Shown piece by piece: positions 63,032 through 64,000 of a stretch of DNA of 64,000 bases. The stretch spans positions 416,001 through 480,000 of the forward strand of contig CAVUVW010000013.1 of NCBI GenBank assembly GCA_963745035.1, given 5' to 3'. Under the pieces are notes generated by a model. It did no database searches, had not been told where the DNA came from, and was given only the letters and a program-made list of their open reading frames with translations. The number at the start of each line of letters is the position of its first letter. The first letter of the stretch is position 1. The position numbers were made by a program, and so were the translations under genes. This DNA comes from an uncultured delta proteobacterium. Lineage in GTDB: Bacteria > Desulfobacterota > Binatia > UBA9968.

Positions 63032-63358
63032 ATGAAGCAGCTGTTTGTATTTGTCGGCACTTTTTTCATGGGCCTGCTGACCGCCGGTACGGCCATGGCC
63101 GCCGCCGAGGCCGCCGCCGGCGGCGACTCGAATCGCGCTGTCGCGATTGCGATCTCCGCCGGCATCGCCGTCGCTATTGCCGCCTTCGGTGCCGCCTTGG
63201 GCCAAGGTCGGGTCGGCGCGGCAGCAATGGAAAGCATCGGCCGCAATCCGAATGCGGCTGACAAGCTGTTCTTGCCGCTGGTTCTAACCCTCGCGCTGCT
63301 CGAAGCTTTGGCTTTGTACGGCTTCGTCATCGCGATCTTGCTGCAGGGCAAGATCTAG
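63032..63358 (+). CDS. atpE: ATP synthase F0 subunit c with N-terminal signal-like extension
   Basis: AAFGAALGQG..ESIGRNP..ALLEALALY; GAGGAG RBS. Confidence 0.95.
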   Translation: MKQLFVFVGTFFMGLLTAGTAMAAAEAAAGGDSNRAVAIAISAGIAVAIAAFGAALGQGRVGAAAMESIGRNPNAADKLFLPLVLTLALLEALALYGFVIAILLQGKI

Positions 63359-63376
63359 CGCTTTGCGAGCAGAGAA

Positions 63377-63411
63377 AAGGGCGGGGAGAAATTTCCCCGC
63401 CCTTCCTTTTT
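63377..63411 (+). terminator. Intrinsic terminator after atpE
   Basis: AAGGGCGGGGA-gaaatt-TCCCCGCCCTT followed by a T-tract. Confidence 0.85.
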
Positions 63412-63539
63412 GGCCGGCAGGGTGGTGACCGATTGCAGAAAAAGACGTTGCGGCCGCGCATCGTGTCTTTACGACTTCAGGATCGCGCCACGCGGTTGCC
63501 GAGCCAGGTTGCGACCACGGAACCCGGGATTACTTCGAA

Positions 63540-64000
63540 TCAGAGCGCCGGCAGATCGACCTTGAACAGATGCACTTGGGTGTAGCGCAGTAATTCCTCG
63601 AGGGTCTGCAGTTTATAGGCTTTTTCGTAGTGGATCTCTTTGATCCCGGTATTTACCAGAACCTTGAGGCAATGAATGCACGGCGTGTGCGTGATATAAA
63701 TCGCCGCGTCCTTGATGCTCGCGCCGTTTTTTGCCGCCTGGGCGATGGCATTCATTTCCGCGTGGATCGTGCGAAAGCAGTTCTGCTCGGTATCCCCGTT
63801 GGGCGTCTTGGATTCGTAAATGAGACAACCGACGTCGGTGCAGTGGGGCATGCCCGCCGGAGCGCCGTTGTAGCCCGTCGCCAGAATGTTCTTGTCGCGG
63901 ACGATCACCGCACCGACTTTGGCGCGGGTACAAGTCGACCGCTCCGCCACCTGTCGCGTGATAGTCATGAAGTATTGCTCCCAGCTCAAGCGTTCACTCA
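63540..64000 (-). CDS. dCMP deaminase / ComEB-like cytidine deaminase (5' end beyond window)
   Basis: SWEQYFM, RSTC..VGAVIV, TGYNG, HAEMNAI, PCIHC. Confidence 0.9.
   Translation of the reverse strand, partial: SERLSWEQYFMTITRQVAERSTCTRAKVGAVIVRDKNILATGYNGAPAGMPHCTDVGCLIYESKTPNGDTEQNCFRTIHAEMNAIAQAAKNGASIKDAAIYITHTPCIHCLKVLVNTGIKEIHYEKAYKLQTLEELLRYTQVHLFKVDLPAL

Noticed and set aside
61531-63358. Second, Na+-translocating N-ATPase
   Set aside because: These are the F0 a and c genes missing from the F1 operon; N-ATPase gene order is absent and subunit c lacks the full Na+-binding motif.

Overview
GC-rich bacterial chromosome segment spanning the replication origin. The split F0/F1 ATP synthase operons, hemL-atpZIBE linkage, bactofilin-atpF'F and many orphan substrate-binding proteins suggest a Deltaproteobacteria-like lineage such as Ca. 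Binatia (inference). Left to right: yyaL-like thioredoxin-domain gene; parB-parA-(parS)-mnmG-(parS)-mnmE without rsmG; an accessory stretch (7.5-26 kb) with orphan solute-binding proteins, catabolic enzymes, DAHP synthase, gene relics and a Prim-PolC/LigC pair; a bicupin / EutA-like ATPase / two EamA / bicupin cassette attached to the 3' end of the F1 ATP synthase operon; cyclophilin, Ldh-2, an ion transporter, otsAB and msrA; an aromatic-acid catabolic cluster; dnaN-dnaA with a bipartite oriC (DnaA boxes, DnaA-trios, AT-rich tract); hemL-atpZ-atpI-atpB-atpE; and a partial dCMP deaminase. Several genes, including essential dnaA, carry single +1 insertions that are most likely long-read errors. 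I saw no rRNA, tRNA, CRISPR array, integrase or transposase. The best candidate for an undescribed system is the EutA-like reactivase flanked by two paralogous bicupins, with no eutBC in the window. All calls come from reading motifs by eye; no database search was run.
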